This document shows positions 1 through 11,781 of a stretch of 64,000 nt of DNA, piece by piece. The stretch lies in the NCBI GenBank assembly GCA_964270895.1, contig OZ185439.1, one strand, 5' to 3'. The notes under the pieces are model-generated. The model saw only the letters and a program-made list of their open reading frames with translations, was not told the origin of the DNA and ran no database searches. Origin of the DNA: Podarcis filfolensis (taxonomy: Eukaryota). The position numbers and the translations under genes were made by a program. Each line of letters begins with the position of its first letter. Positions within the stretch are counted from its first letter, which is position 1.

Positions 1-278
1 TCTTATGAATCACTACCAAAATTAGGTCTGGTCTGGACATATAAGTTAAGATCAGAACAAGCCAAGTGTATGAGAAAAGGATGGCAAGCAAAATGTGTGA
101 CAAGGAAAGAATTTAGTATCAACTGCTGACTTGTAAATTTGATGGGAAATATCTTCGAACTAATTTCAGTGTATTGAATTAACAGCAACCTTAATCATTT
201 CCTTACTGTTGTGGAAGTTTTTTGGAAACTGAACTGCTTGTACAAACAGTAAGGAAATATTGGTGCACCTATGTATCA

Positions 279-530
279 CAGGGGTCAGCAAACTTTTTCA
301 GCAGGGGGCCGGTCCATTGTCCCTCAGACCTTGTGGGGGGCCGGACTATATTTTGAAAGAAAAAAACCGAACGAATTCCTATGCCCCACAAATAACCCAG
401 AGATGCATTTTAAATAAAAGGACACATTCTACTCATGTAAAAACACGCTGATTCCCAGATCGTCCGTGGGCCGGATTTAGAAGGCAATTGGGCCAGATCC
501 GGCCCCCGGGCCTTAGTTTGCCTACCCATG
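279..530. mobile_element. hAT non-autonomous element (MITE), OC1/OposCharlie1-like left end
   Basis: Imperfect 16-bp TIRs (CAGGGGTCAGCAAACT and the reverse complement of AGTTTGCCTACCCATG). 8-bp TSD atgtatca (271-278) / atgtagca (531-538), 7/8 match. The left end resembles the OC1 terminus as I recall it. Confidence 0.85.
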
Positions 531-1139
531 ATGTAGCATGATACATGAGTAGGATGGCAAAGCAGCTATTACTTATGCACACTTTTCATGTTTATGGTTT
601 TTATTTATTTTCGTTTGTGGTTAACTTTTCATTCAATAACTTTTCATACTGTTTTGCCGGGTTCACCAATATTGTGTTTATGTAAAGTATGCTAATTGTT
701 TGTTGCTGAGAACTTCTTGTGAAATTTGTATAAAGAATTCTTATTACATGGCCTTTGTAAATAAAGCATCCGTGGGACATCTGTGATTACATAAAACAAA
801 AGTAGATGGGGGACACTGAAAAAAAATATATAACCGTGTAGTTTGTAGACTTAAACTTGAAGACATACCAAAGTGTGGATGCTGCCTGCTGGAGCTGCAT
901 TGCTTTTGGTGAAATGCACACATTGCACATTGAAGTGCATATTCTGTGGAAAGTTATTCAGTGCAGGTAGATTGCATGGGCACTCAGACACGCAGCATGC
1001 CTTTGATGCCCTGTGCCACAAACTAGATATAATGAACACTCATATTGGAGTGCTCTGTAGACTGATAGCTGTGGTCTTATATATACTAGCCTTTGCGCTC
1101 TTTCACTCTTGTCTGATGTTCCTAACCCTTCTTTTAGAC

Positions 1140-1295
1140 TTTCTTTGCTTCTTTTGGATTCTTATGGACTTTTATATATATTTTCTTTTTTAACTCATTT
1201 TAGTGGTTTCTTAAAAATAGATTTTAAATGACTGTACCCCTCCCTCCTTTTGCTGGTCTGTGACCGTAATAAAGTGTTGATTGGTGATGGATTGG
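1140..1295 (+). mobile_element. 3' terminus of a non-LTR retrotransposon (clade uncertain, possibly RTE-X/L2-like)
   Basis: A T-rich UTR-like tract, then a GGTC-TGT-GACC mini-hairpin (1255-1265), AATAAA (1268-1273) and a degenerate (ATTG/TTGA)-like tail. The upstream extent (possibly to ~860) is unclear. Confidence 0.35.
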
Positions 1296-1378
1296 TAGTT
1301 TAAAGGCCCTTTTGAATGGTGGGAAGTTCTTGGAGAAAGTGAACCTGAGAATGCATAATGTTATGTGCTTACCACCAC

Positions 1379-1734
1379 CAGTGCCGGATTTACGTATAAG
1401 CTAAACAAGCTATAGCTTAGGGCCCACTCTCTTGGGGCCCCAAAATTTTTTTTAAGGAAAGAAATCTGGATACTTCTTCTTAATTGTATTTCAGTTCAAC
1501 AATTACTTTGATAAAATACATATTTTGTTATGTGCAAATGCCTTTAGATTCCATGGGGTCACGAAGAGTCGGACACGACTAAACGACTAAACAACAACAA
1601 CAACAACAAGGTCCATAAATGACCATATAGCATATATTCAACACAAAAAAACAGCGGCACTTTGTTGTTGACAAAGGACAGCTAGACATTACCTTCAGTA
1701 GCTTAGGGCCTCATCAAACCTAAATCTGGCCTTG
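1379..1734. mobile_element. hAT (Tip100-like) MITE carrying a nested BovB tail
   Basis: TIRs CAGTGCCGGATTTA and the reverse complement of TAAATCTGGCCTTG (11/14). 8-bp TSD accaccac (1371-1378) / accactac (1735-1742), 7/8 match. Confidence 0.8.
1550..1609 (+). mobile_element. BovB (RTE) LINE, extreme 3' tail only
   Basis: tccatggggtcacgaagagtcggacacgactaaacgactaaa followed by (caa)n. Nearly identical to the 3' end of the longer BovB copy at 31443-31843. Confidence 0.9.
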
Positions 1735-2594
1735 ACCACTACCATGAGTGGTGAAAATCTTGAGCTTGACTTCCTTTTGAAAGAGTGATTGCAGGAGACA
1801 TATGGTATTTTGAAATATTTGATTTATCTACAAATATATATATAGACCATAGAGGTGGGAAGCTCCCAGTTTTGGGACCAGATGCAACCTAACAGGGCTT
1901 TCTTGTTTGGCTTGCTAACCTCTCCCTAGTCCCCAGTCTTCTCAGGCCCATGTCCCCCTCTAGTGAACTATTTCCCACTGATCAGAGGAGTGGGGAGGGG
2001 TAGGGATGGAGGAGGTCATTGGAAGGGCTGCTCAGCTGCTTAGTGGAATCACTCCAGAAGGAAGGAAACAAGGAAATGGCAGAGTCTGTCTGCAGAGCTA
2101 CGAATGGAGTTAGTCTGGTTTTCCTGTCCCTTCTTCCTCACTAAAGCTTTCTGTGGCCCCAGAAGGCTGCTCCTGATCCATAACAATGTAAGATATGGCA
2201 TAGAGGACTACAGAGGAAAGGGGGAATTGATGGAAATCAGAGGGCTACCTTCCATGAGCTCAAGAGCATTCTACTTTCACAAGAGTAGGTTTGGATCCAA
2301 ACCAATCTTTTCAATGTCCTGTGTTATGTATTTTCTCTCTTCCTCTCTCTCTTCATTTGTAATTTGAAAAATGAAAAAGAAAAGCATATATTTCAAACCT
2401 CCCTATCTTGGATTTTTACATGAACTTAAAGCAGTTTTCATTCCTTCCAGCATTGTTTCCATGTCACTGCACAGATCATTAGAACAAGTCAGGTAGAAAT
2501 ATTGACCTTCACGTTCGTTGTCTTGAATTTAAACACATAAATTCTGCAAAATAAAATAAAATCTTCTGTCTTTTTTTATTCTGTTTTCATTTAG

Positions 2595-2741
2595 CACTTT
2601 CAGACCATGTTGAAGACTAAGCTAAATGTCTTGACCCTTCGGAAGGAACCTCTCCCCACAGTGATCTTCCATGAGCCAGAAGCCATTGAGCTGTGCACCA
2701 CAACTCCATTAATGAAAACCCGGTCACATGCTGGATGCAAG
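2595..2741 (+). CDS. PID1: PID1 internal coding exon (147 nt, phase 0/0): HFQTMLKTKLNVLTLRKEPLPTVIFHEPEAIELCTTTPLMKTRSHAGCK
   Basis: A pyrimidine tract and TAG acceptor at 2593-2594 precede the exon, and an AAG|GTATCT donor follows at 2742. The 49 codons closely match the vertebrate PID1 segment I recall (HFQTMLKSKLNVLTLKKEPLPAVIFHEPEAIELCTTTPLMKTRTHSGCK). The exon joins in frame to the exon at 57723 to give GCK|VTYLGK. Confidence 0.95.
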
Positions 2742-3196
2742 GTATCTAATAATTCAAAATCCAGGCAACATGCCTGTTGTGGAAATATTCTGCACCAATA
2801 GAGAGACAGTTGAAAAGGGGTGAGAAATTTAAACACCTATAGTATTTAAATAGCAGTATTCAAATATTTGTTCAGGGTGTTAGATCCAGGCTAAAGTTAT
2901 GCTTCAAATAGGCCCATTGAGTATCCTAAGTCTTGCTGATTTCATTGGGTCTGCTCTAAGCATGTTATGGGTCTTAGTCCAACCCATTAAGTTCCACAAA
3001 ATTAAAAATAGAATGTCATTAAATCTCAGAAAATTTTACTGTGAAGCGAATTCACTCTGCATGATCTCTGGACTGGTACGAACCATAATCATATCCTCTG
3101 TTAGGTTAGCTTTTTATTTTTCTTTATTTTAATTTGGGCAGATTCCTCACTGACAGATGAGGAAGCTGGAACCTACAAATTGTTGACCCCTTGAAT

Positions 3197-3659
3197 CAGA
3201 GGTAGGAAAGTAGATCTAGTCAGTGGGCTGGATTCTAACTTCCCCTACTCCCTTCAGGTCAACTTTTACAGTGTGTGGGATCACTTTCTGGCCAGTCACA
3301 CAACATTGCAATGATGTCAAGCAGGTGACACATGTCAGTGTTCTAATGAGATTGCTGAAACCACCGTTCATACAGCAATTTCCTTTGAAGGTGCGTGATC
3401 GGCCACAGGAACGCACCTTCAAAGCGGTTTGTTGTCTCTGCCAAACAGGCATTTGCCAGTTACAACAAACACCTTTGAAACCTCCATTTCCCACTGCAGT
3501 GCAGCTGATCCCATTGGGGCTCCCTGGGACAGACACTGAGTCCCACAGGATGTCAGGTGTATGGCAGGAGGGGCTGTTTGTGAGGAACAGCTTCACAAGC
3601 CAAATTAGGACCCATTCCAGGCCTAATTGGGTCTGTGGGCCAGAGGTTTCCCATCCAGG
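3197..3659. mobile_element. Decayed hAT MITE (~463 bp)
   Basis: Identical 8-bp flanks ccttgaat at 3189-3196 and 3660-3667. Degenerate TIRs (cagaggtaggaaag ... ggtttcccatccagg). Internal perfect 14-bp inverted repeat at 3383-3396 / 3411-3424. Confidence 0.65.
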
Positions 3660-4246
3660 CCTTGAATGATTCTTATTTTAAGATGTTAGATTAAAAACCA
3701 CACAGAATCAATTCTTAGAGGCTGAAACATTTTAAGAAATACACTGTTATGAATAATAAAAAAAAGCTGGCAGAAACTTAGCATGTTTAAGGCTAGAGGT
3801 TGCAGTCCCTGAGTAGATGGGCTGCGGAAGACATCTCTACCTCAATACCAGGAAAGTTGCTGCTAATCAAGTAGAAAGTGCTGGGCTATGTGGACACAGG
3901 TGAGAGTGAGGTTTCCATCAGTAGAATGGGGAAGGAAGCAATATGCAATGATTCCCCCTCTCTCTGCACCCCCTGTAAATCTGTTCTGGAGGGCCCTTGT
4001 ACCTTTTGGAACAGATTCAGAGGTTTATATGGGAAATGGTCAAATAATGCTTCTCTCTGAGTTCTGTTGATGCAAGCCTTATTGTCAGCTGAGTGACATG
4101 TTTGGCTACAACCCTTAGCTGTATAAGCCAGTTTCTTGCCCCAATTTTTATCCTTTATCCTACCAAATTTCATTTGGTTGGATCCTTACATTTGGGGTCT
4201 CACTCATGGAATGGAGGGGAATCTTTAGCTCAGTAGGTGAGACTGT

Positions 4247-4410
4247 TTGTAGCTCTGTGGTAGAGTACATGCTTTGCATGCAAATAATCCCAAATTCAGT
4301 TCACATCATCTCCAGGCAGGGCTGTGAAAAAATCTTCTTTCTGAAACCTTGGTGAACTGTCGGCAGTCTGACCAATGGTCTGGCTATGTACAAGGTATCT
4401 TATATCCTAT
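4247..4410 (+). mobile_element. tRNA-derived SINE (Squam3-like), decayed
   Basis: Head gtagctctgtggtagagtacatgctttgcatgca with A/B-box-like sequence. Body ctccaggcagggctg...gaccaatggtctg matches the copies at 32951 and 48515. Confidence 0.65.
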
Positions 4411-5772
4411 GAGAGGCAATTTTTACCACTTGCCCCTGCAGCCTCTTCCTCCACAAACATCTGCTCTGGAGAATTGGGGACCCTCCAGAACAGAATGGGA
4501 GGTGGCACAAAAATTGTAGGGTGAAGGGAAAGCTCTCTTTTCTTTGTGAAGGAGTGTATTGGATATAAGCCACTAACTTGAGTCACCGTTTCATTATTGT
4601 GTCTTTACTTTCTCTGTCAAAAATAATTTTAAAATCTCACGTATTAATGGGAAAAACAATTTATGTGTTTATACAGTCAGCTCTGTTTATAATATTTAAC
4701 TCTCCGGAGACAATGTAGCTGTGGGAATAGGAACATGAATTTGTTGAGACTTGTACTGTCTTAGCAAAAAAGGGTTCTTACGCATTAGCATGTTTGCAGA
4801 GTCAAACATACTGTAAAATGTATTGTACCTTCTGCTATTGAACTTGAATTCCACATTAGCATTCTTCATAATCCACACCCACTTCAGCTGACCACACCCA
4901 CTTCCTGGCATATGGCCCATTGGAAGTTGTCCAAGGCTGAAAGCAGCCCGCAGACCAAAAAAGTTAGCCACTTCTGCCCCTAGGAAATTTTGGATTATTA
5001 ACCTTTCCTTCTGGGTCCTTGAATTCTGCAGTTTGTGAACTGCTCATTTCTAAGGGGAGTTATATTTATTGTATGGTTGGGTCCTACTGAGCTTTGATGT
5101 TCATGAGGTTCTTAGGATTGAGCATTTCCAGAAGAAAATGTCCATGCACAATATTGTGATTGGGAAAATGGCCAAGGAGAGAACAGGTGTCTTGGTGTGC
5201 CTGTTTGGCTTTGACCAGCATCCTAATTATTTATTGATTTCCAAAGTGTCAGAATATATTGTGTGAAAATTGCTGGCACAGTTTGTTAATTTTCATTAGA
5301 AAACACTTTCCTTCTACTTCAGAGGCACACAATTATATTTAAATTTGACATTTGAATTTCTTGATATTAAAGGTAGCATGCTCCACTTATAATGTTCATG
5401 CTAGTTTCTAGCAGTTTCTTTACATTAGACAAGAACTAGCACATATTTACTATAAATAGCAGTGAATAAATTATGGTTTGACTCTGAGCTGCTACCTCAA
5501 AAGTGCAGCTTTCAGGTTAGACAGTGGTTTTGCATTGTGTCCCCTTGCACCAGATCTGGCAATTCACAAAGCTGTTGGCATTTTCCATTTGCACTTCTAT
5601 ACTGGTCTCTTTCCACAATTCTCCAAACTGTTTGGAATGTTTCCAAATAGTTAATCCGCTTGGGAGACTTCTAGAATTACCAGCAACAGACATTGTCAGG
5701 ATATGCTAGCCCTCTGAAAGCTCAGGTGATGTAGTGTAAATAGTGTTGACATTCTGTAGAGGAGGGAAAGTC

Positions 5773-5885
5773 AATGTGTTACCCTTCATATATTGTTGGA
5801 CTCCAGCTCCCATTTTCCTTGATCATTCATCATGCTGGCTGGGCCTGATGGGATCTAGAATCTAGAAAACATATTGGCGGCACTA
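5773..5885. mobile_element. Palindromic hAT-type MITE, decayed (ttggactacaactcccatc family)
   Basis: ttgttggactccagctccc ... gctggctgggcctgatggga; same family as the copies at 8267 and 17261. Confidence 0.55.
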
Positions 5886-8266
5886 CATTTAATTTCCTTT
5901 GCTTCAGAGCAGGCTTCTTGAAGTTTGAATTTCCAGGTGTTGTTGTGTTACTACTCCTATCATCCTCAGTCAGCTTAGCCAGTGGTTGAGGATTATGGGA
6001 GTTGTTGTCCAACAATATCTGGAAACCCAAGCTTAAATACACTACTATAGCGAATGTTTGTCTTGAAATCGCTGATCTGCCATTAAGAGTACATTGGGCA
6101 GGCTTATACAGGTTATAGTCTTTCAAGCTAACCTACTTCCACAGTGGTTGTGAGGGTGAAAACAGCCCCAAATATGCTGCCATAAGCTCCTCAGTGAAGG
6201 GTGCATTGCAAATAAGGCAAGTAAGTACTTTGCCATTTCCCCACAGTTTGAACAGACATCAAGATATCTTGCTTTCTCCCCCTCCCCTCTCTGAAGTCAG
6301 GAACTTGTAGGAATGATTCTTGTGAACTGTTATTTTCAAACCACTCATTACTCAAATGCAAAATGACAGAGGTTAGAAAGGTTGCCTGTAACTTGTGGGG
6401 TTGTGTCGCAAGTTTAATACTTTTCTTAAATTCTTCAACGTGAAACCAGTTCAGTACAGTCAGTGATCAGAGTCAGTTCTTATTTCAGTCAGATGTTTAG
6501 TCGTCCTTTTTGAAAAGCAAGTGTTGTTTGTCTTGTTTCTACCACACTGCCTGACATCTTCATTTAACTTGGACTGACCCTTCTGTCTTAAGCTTATGAT
6601 GAATGGTGCTTGCATGGCTCAGGTGACAATCACTCTAGCATATAGTTTCGCAAAATGGCATTTGCAATTGTATGGTGGTGCGTCTTCTTAAATTGGAAGA
6701 TTGCAAACTTCAAGTTTTTATTTCCTCTCAGCTCGACATGTCATATTGACTAATTTTGGGAAGCAGCTTATTTTACCATTATTACAATTGAAGTTTTGTA
6801 TGTGGAATATTATTTCTGTAGCAGGAATTACAATGTTACCCTTGGATGGGAAAAAAGATACCCAACCATTACTTTAATTGCTAGGTCACCAACAGCAGCA
6901 AAAAAGCATGAGTTAATAAAAAATTGGACATATTCTGTGCCTACAGAAGAAGTTAACTCTGAACCCGGAGTGTACCTTTAGCTGTACTTACATATCTACA
7001 TTGCTTAGGATTTACATTAAGTGTGTCATAGCTTTTAAGAAAATCAAACGCACATTATAAATAAAATGAATTAATCACTGCACATGGAACACTCCACTCT
7101 ATACGGAGCTTGACTTCCTAGAATCAAGTACAGTCTTGTTGTGAACTATATCCACATTCACTTGGACCAGGCAGTTGCATTAATACATTACTGTGTTTGC
7201 GTGTTTACTCAACATCTCAGGTTCTTACCATCTCAAGACTTCTCCTTTAATTACACATCCTCACATGGTAAAACTGCCAACGCAATCATTTGACATTCAT
7301 AGCTGACCTTGTCTGTTTCAGCCACAGTTGGTTAGCTGATGCATGCATTGCTAAAGCCACTTCCTTTTGTGACTATTGTGCGGTAGCAACCCATACTCGC
7401 CAGTACAACTGCATTTCACAAAATATGGAAAGCAGTTAGGAAATTCTTTCAAGGTTCTTTGCCAAGTTGGTAAGTGGTATGGCGGTAAGCTGACCACAAC
7501 CACTTCCCTTTTCAAAAAGGATAAATGCAGATACCTACACAAACAAGGCCCAAATTCTCAAATGGAGTGGTTTAAAGGAAGATGATGCAGCAATTTTGCT
7601 AAACGTAAGCAGGTCTAAACTGGTTTAGTGCCTGGATGTGAGAATTATATCCATGCAACCTTGACTTCTTTCAAAGAAAGGCAATGTATGAATGCAATAA
7701 ATGTTGGTAATGAATCCATAATTTCCTCTTGCCATCTCATTTCTCTTGATTAAATGTTGCTGAATTCATTTCACCAATTGACACAGTTCCTTATTCCCAG
7801 ATTGCATTGCTTGGCTTCCTCTTTCAATGTTTGTGTGTGCTAAAAGAGAAATTTGCAGACACCTTGAAATCCCCAAACTGTTTTAAGGATAGGCTCATAA
7901 CAGGGAGATACCCAACAGAATGTGCCTTTGGCCTAGCCGCACAATTTCAGCCTGCATAATAGACTTGTTCCAAACATTGCCTTAGCTTTGCCATGAATAA
8001 TATTGCTTTAACAAAGATGTGAAGGGAGGTATGGATTTCAGAAGATGAGCTATTGCAAAATTCCAACAGTTTATAATACAGAAAAAGCTTTTATACAGTA
8101 GCATCTCCAAGCAGATTAAGAAGAACACGAATGGTATTAAGTGCTTACAAAGAAGGCAAGCGGAATGTGGATACTCACTGTTCACCAGTGATTCCTTCCT
8201 TAACCAAAAGACCTTTGCACAGATAGTTAATGCAAAGTCCTTGTAACAAGAGGTACCTGACCACTT

Positions 8267-8400
8267 CAGATGTAGTCAACATGGTGCACTCCAGATATTT
8301 CTGGATTAATACTCCCATCATCCACGTCAGTTAGCCTCACTGGCTGGGACTGATGGGAATTGTAGTCCAATATATGAAGGGCACCAGGTCAGCTACCCTG
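8267..8400. mobile_element. Palindromic hAT-type MITE (~135 bp)
   Basis: cagatgtagtcaacatggtgcactccag ... gaagggcaccaggtcagctaccctg; self-complementary arms. No TSD recognised. Confidence 0.7.
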
Positions 8401-8734
8401 GGACTACATCAGCAGTCCTCAACACAATGATATTTGGTCACCTGAAGAATAGCAAAAGGAATGAAAAAGGCAAGTGAAAGGTTAGAGGCCGAAACTTCCT
8501 GGATCCAGCTAAGTGGAAAAATTAGGTCAAAGAGTTTGGCTGTGGAACACCCAGTGATGTGTACCGTGATGGCATGAGTATAGGGGTGAATACTGTTATG
8601 TATCCCACCTACACGTCAAATGATGTGCACTGTAATCATATGCCAAGCTGGCATCAATGGTGTTGAGAGATGGGAAGACATTTTCAGTCATGTCAGGGAG
8701 ACAGGAGACCGGTATATCTGTGTCTACATAGCTT

Positions 8735-9209
8735 TTGTTGTTGTTTAGTCATTTAGTCGTGTCTGACTCTTTGTGACCCCATGGACCAGAGCACGCCAGG
8801 CACTCCTGTCTTCCACTGCCTCCTGCAGTTTGGTCATGCTGGTAGCTTTGAGAACACTATCCAACCCTTCTCCTTGTGTCCTCCATCTTTCCCAACATCA
8901 GGGTCTTTTCCAGGGAGTCTTCTCTTCTCATGATGTGGCCAAAGTATTGGAGTCTCATCTTCAGGATCTGTCCTTCCAGTGAGCACTCAGGGCTGATTTC
9001 CTTAAGAATGGATAGGTTTGATCTTCTTGCAGTCCATGGGACTCTCAAGAGTCTCCTCCAGCACCTTAATTCAAAAGCATCAATTCTTTGGCGATCAGCC
9101 TTCTGTATGGTCCAGCTCTCACTTCCCTATATCACTACTGGGAAAACCATAGCTTTTACTATACGGACCTTTGTTGGCAAGGTGATGTCTCTGCTTTTTA
9201 AGATGCTGT
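8735..9209 (-). mobile_element. BovB (RTE) LINE, 5'-truncated 3' fragment
   Basis: The minus strand encodes RVPWTARRSNLSILKEISPECSLEGQILKMRLQYFGHIMRREDSLEKTLMLGK (BovB ORF C-terminus). (caa)n tail at ~8735; small internal deletions. Confidence 0.93.
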
Positions 9210-10369
9210 ATTTAGAAAAGCTAATAGTCTCCAAAAATTGAAATGAACAATACATATGTGATTGTCCTGAAATGAAAATGAATCATTGAATGCAGAGCAG
9301 CTGCCAAGTCAACAAGCATCCATGCCTCACTCAACAGAATAGCTAGTTTATCATCTCCAAATCTTGGAGAGAGCTGTGTCATATGCCGATTTACTTATTT
9401 CATGCTTAGGATGATCCGTGAAACCAAAAGAAGCTTGTTATGTGAATGGATGCAAAAATAGATACCTGCAATAAGAATGAAAAGAGGAGAACATTATTGG
9501 ATTAGGACATCACGATAAGATAATTAGTCTTCAGGGAAGAAGTCTCAGCTTTTTAGTACTGAACTACAATGTTGGAAACGTTTAACTGAGCCAGCTGAAT
9601 TCATCGTAAGGAGACCAGTGTGCGTATCAGGCTGCATATACACCATACATCAATATGTACCATTATAGATGCATCTTTACAGCAGGTTAGCCCTTTAGTC
9701 TGCAGTTGCTGATAATTCAGTGCTGTTGTTCTCCTTGTGCAACAGACTGTCATTCTAACAGCTACAGAAGGAAAACCAAATCTATAACTTTTGAACTAAA
9801 TATATATTGGTAAAATGTTTTTGATCACTGTAAATGCAAATGGCTAGATGATTTGAATACAAGAGCATTTTACTTCATGGGAGCAGCAGTTTAAGTTAGG
9901 AAGAAAGGAACTTCCAAAGTTCCTTTGCAAATGTGAAATAGTGAGTGGCCCAAGGGTATTAAGTAATTTAGTAGCCAGGTGACATTGTTGTGGCTGATAT
10001 TCAGGTATATTGATGTTCCTGGTATGTTGTCAGCATCATAGTAAAGGGAATTTAGAGCCAGTTTATCCTTACAGTGTCCTCCATAATCCAGAGAGATTCT
10101 GTTTCTCTTGTAATCCAACATTACTGTTTCAACAACTGGGTGCTACCTGCTGTAGAGTTCTGAGATATTTGTGTGAAGGGATTTGGTAACCCAGATCTTA
10201 AACGTGTTGCAATATCATCACTACAAGAAGAAAAATATATGCTAAGAACTGAGTTTGGAATTGTACATTTAGGTCCAACACTGCACACAACATTGCTACT
10301 TGCTCCACTTTCATTTGCAGGGTCTCATTTGCATGTGGGTATCTGAACCCAATCTCATGCTCTGAGAGC

Positions 10370-10610
10370 CAGGGCCAGCCCATGACATTTAGCTGCCTGA
10401 AGTAGAGGACAAGATGGTCCATATAGAGAAGATGAATGGACTGGTTGCTGAAATTTATTTCAGTATAGCCAACAGAATAGTGTTCTTCACTGCACCTGAG
10501 GGCAGCAAGCTATTTTATTGGAGTGCATGACACATGCAGTTGTGCCCTCCAGCATAAGGGCATGGCCAGGAGGAACAGCCAGAGGACTGCTGCCACCATC
10601 CAGAATTGGC
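10370..10610. mobile_element. Decayed GC-rich hAT-type non-autonomous element
   Basis: Starts cagggccagcccatgacatttagctgcctgaagtagaggacaagatgg, a hAT-like CAGGGCCRGCCC end. The right end was not resolved. Confidence 0.45.
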
Positions 10611-10759
10611 TGCTTTTGGTGGTTGCATCACTTTACATAATGATAGACCCCATATTTGAGTTCTGCATCATTAACCTTACTGAGTGTGGTGTGTTACATC
10701 CTGCAAAATTTGATTATACCAAGTGGTATGTGATGCAAGGATATTAGACACCATAGATT

Positions 10760-10862
10760 AAGGGTAGCCAACATGGTGTCCTCCAGGTGCTATTAGATTC
10801 AATCCAGCATAGCTGGATTGATCAAAGATGATAGGAACTGTGGTTCAACAATTATGTTGACC
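10760..10862. mobile_element. Palindromic hAT-type MITE, decayed
   Basis: aagggtagccaacatggtgtcctccagg...; same left end as the copies at 8267 and 17261. Confidence 0.5.
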
Positions 10863-11748
10863 ACTTCCGCTGATTGTCTATTCTATACTTAGAAGGAATG
10901 TATTTGAGCATTAAAACGTATCTGTACAGACCAACTTCTTCACGACAGAGGTCTTTAATGTCTTGTATTTTAATATGATTTTCAGTGTAAACCCAGGTCA
11001 GTTTAATAAAACTGAACCACGTTGAGAGGGCTGAAATTGTAGTATACAAATACTCAAATAAATTACTATCATATTGTGTTTTTTAATATTCTGTTTAAAA
11101 TGCTGGGATTAAAACAGCAACTTGTGCATACATACACATATAGACACACACAACTTTTCTAATCTGAACAGTTGAAATCACTTTTATGCCAGCTACTTGG
11201 TAAATGAAAACAAAGTTTCCCTTGTTTACATGGACTGTTAGGGATTCACAGCTTTAAAGACTTTTGTGCAACTATTCACACAACGCAGGATATAAAATTT
11301 CTCAGTTTTTCCATCTCTTTGTGTGCAGCACATACTGGGCAGTTCTATTACTAGAGATAATCAGTTCTATAGATACAATAAACAGGGTTCACTGGATACC
11401 TCATGACACTATGATAAAGCAAAATTGAAATTTATTGTGGTGGTTACTGTGAGCAGATTCTGCTGTCATTGCCAATCGGCTTGCTATGAAACGTCCTTGA
11501 AAAATGTCCTCACCTTTATGTGACCACTTTGGCTTCAGGATGGATCCACTAGAAACGTCTCTGGTGTAATTTGTATGAGTGATATCTAGGCTGGGTTGCT
11601 ATGGTTACTTGTCTATCCAACAGCCAGTTGGCTCTTTGTGATAATTAGTACAGACACTGCATCTTTGACTTGAATTGGCTACAGTAGATGGAAGAGCTCT
11701 TTATTTCTAACTCTTGAATCACATCTAACATATTAAGAACCCCTTGTG

Positions 11749-11781
11749 AAATAAAATAAAATAAAATAAAATAAAATAAAA
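11749..11781. repeat. (AAAAT)n microsatellite
   Basis: About six pentamer units read directly. Confidence 0.9.

Noticed and set aside
873-1193. 106-aa Cys/His- and Leu/Phe-rich ORF
   Set aside because: Its C-terminal half is a T-rich tract running into a LINE-type 3' end. It is more likely retroelement decay than a gene.
2742-2801. Extension of the PID1 exon ORF to 2801 as shown in the ORF track
   Set aside because: It is read-through past the AAG|GT donor, and similarity to PID1 stops at GCK.
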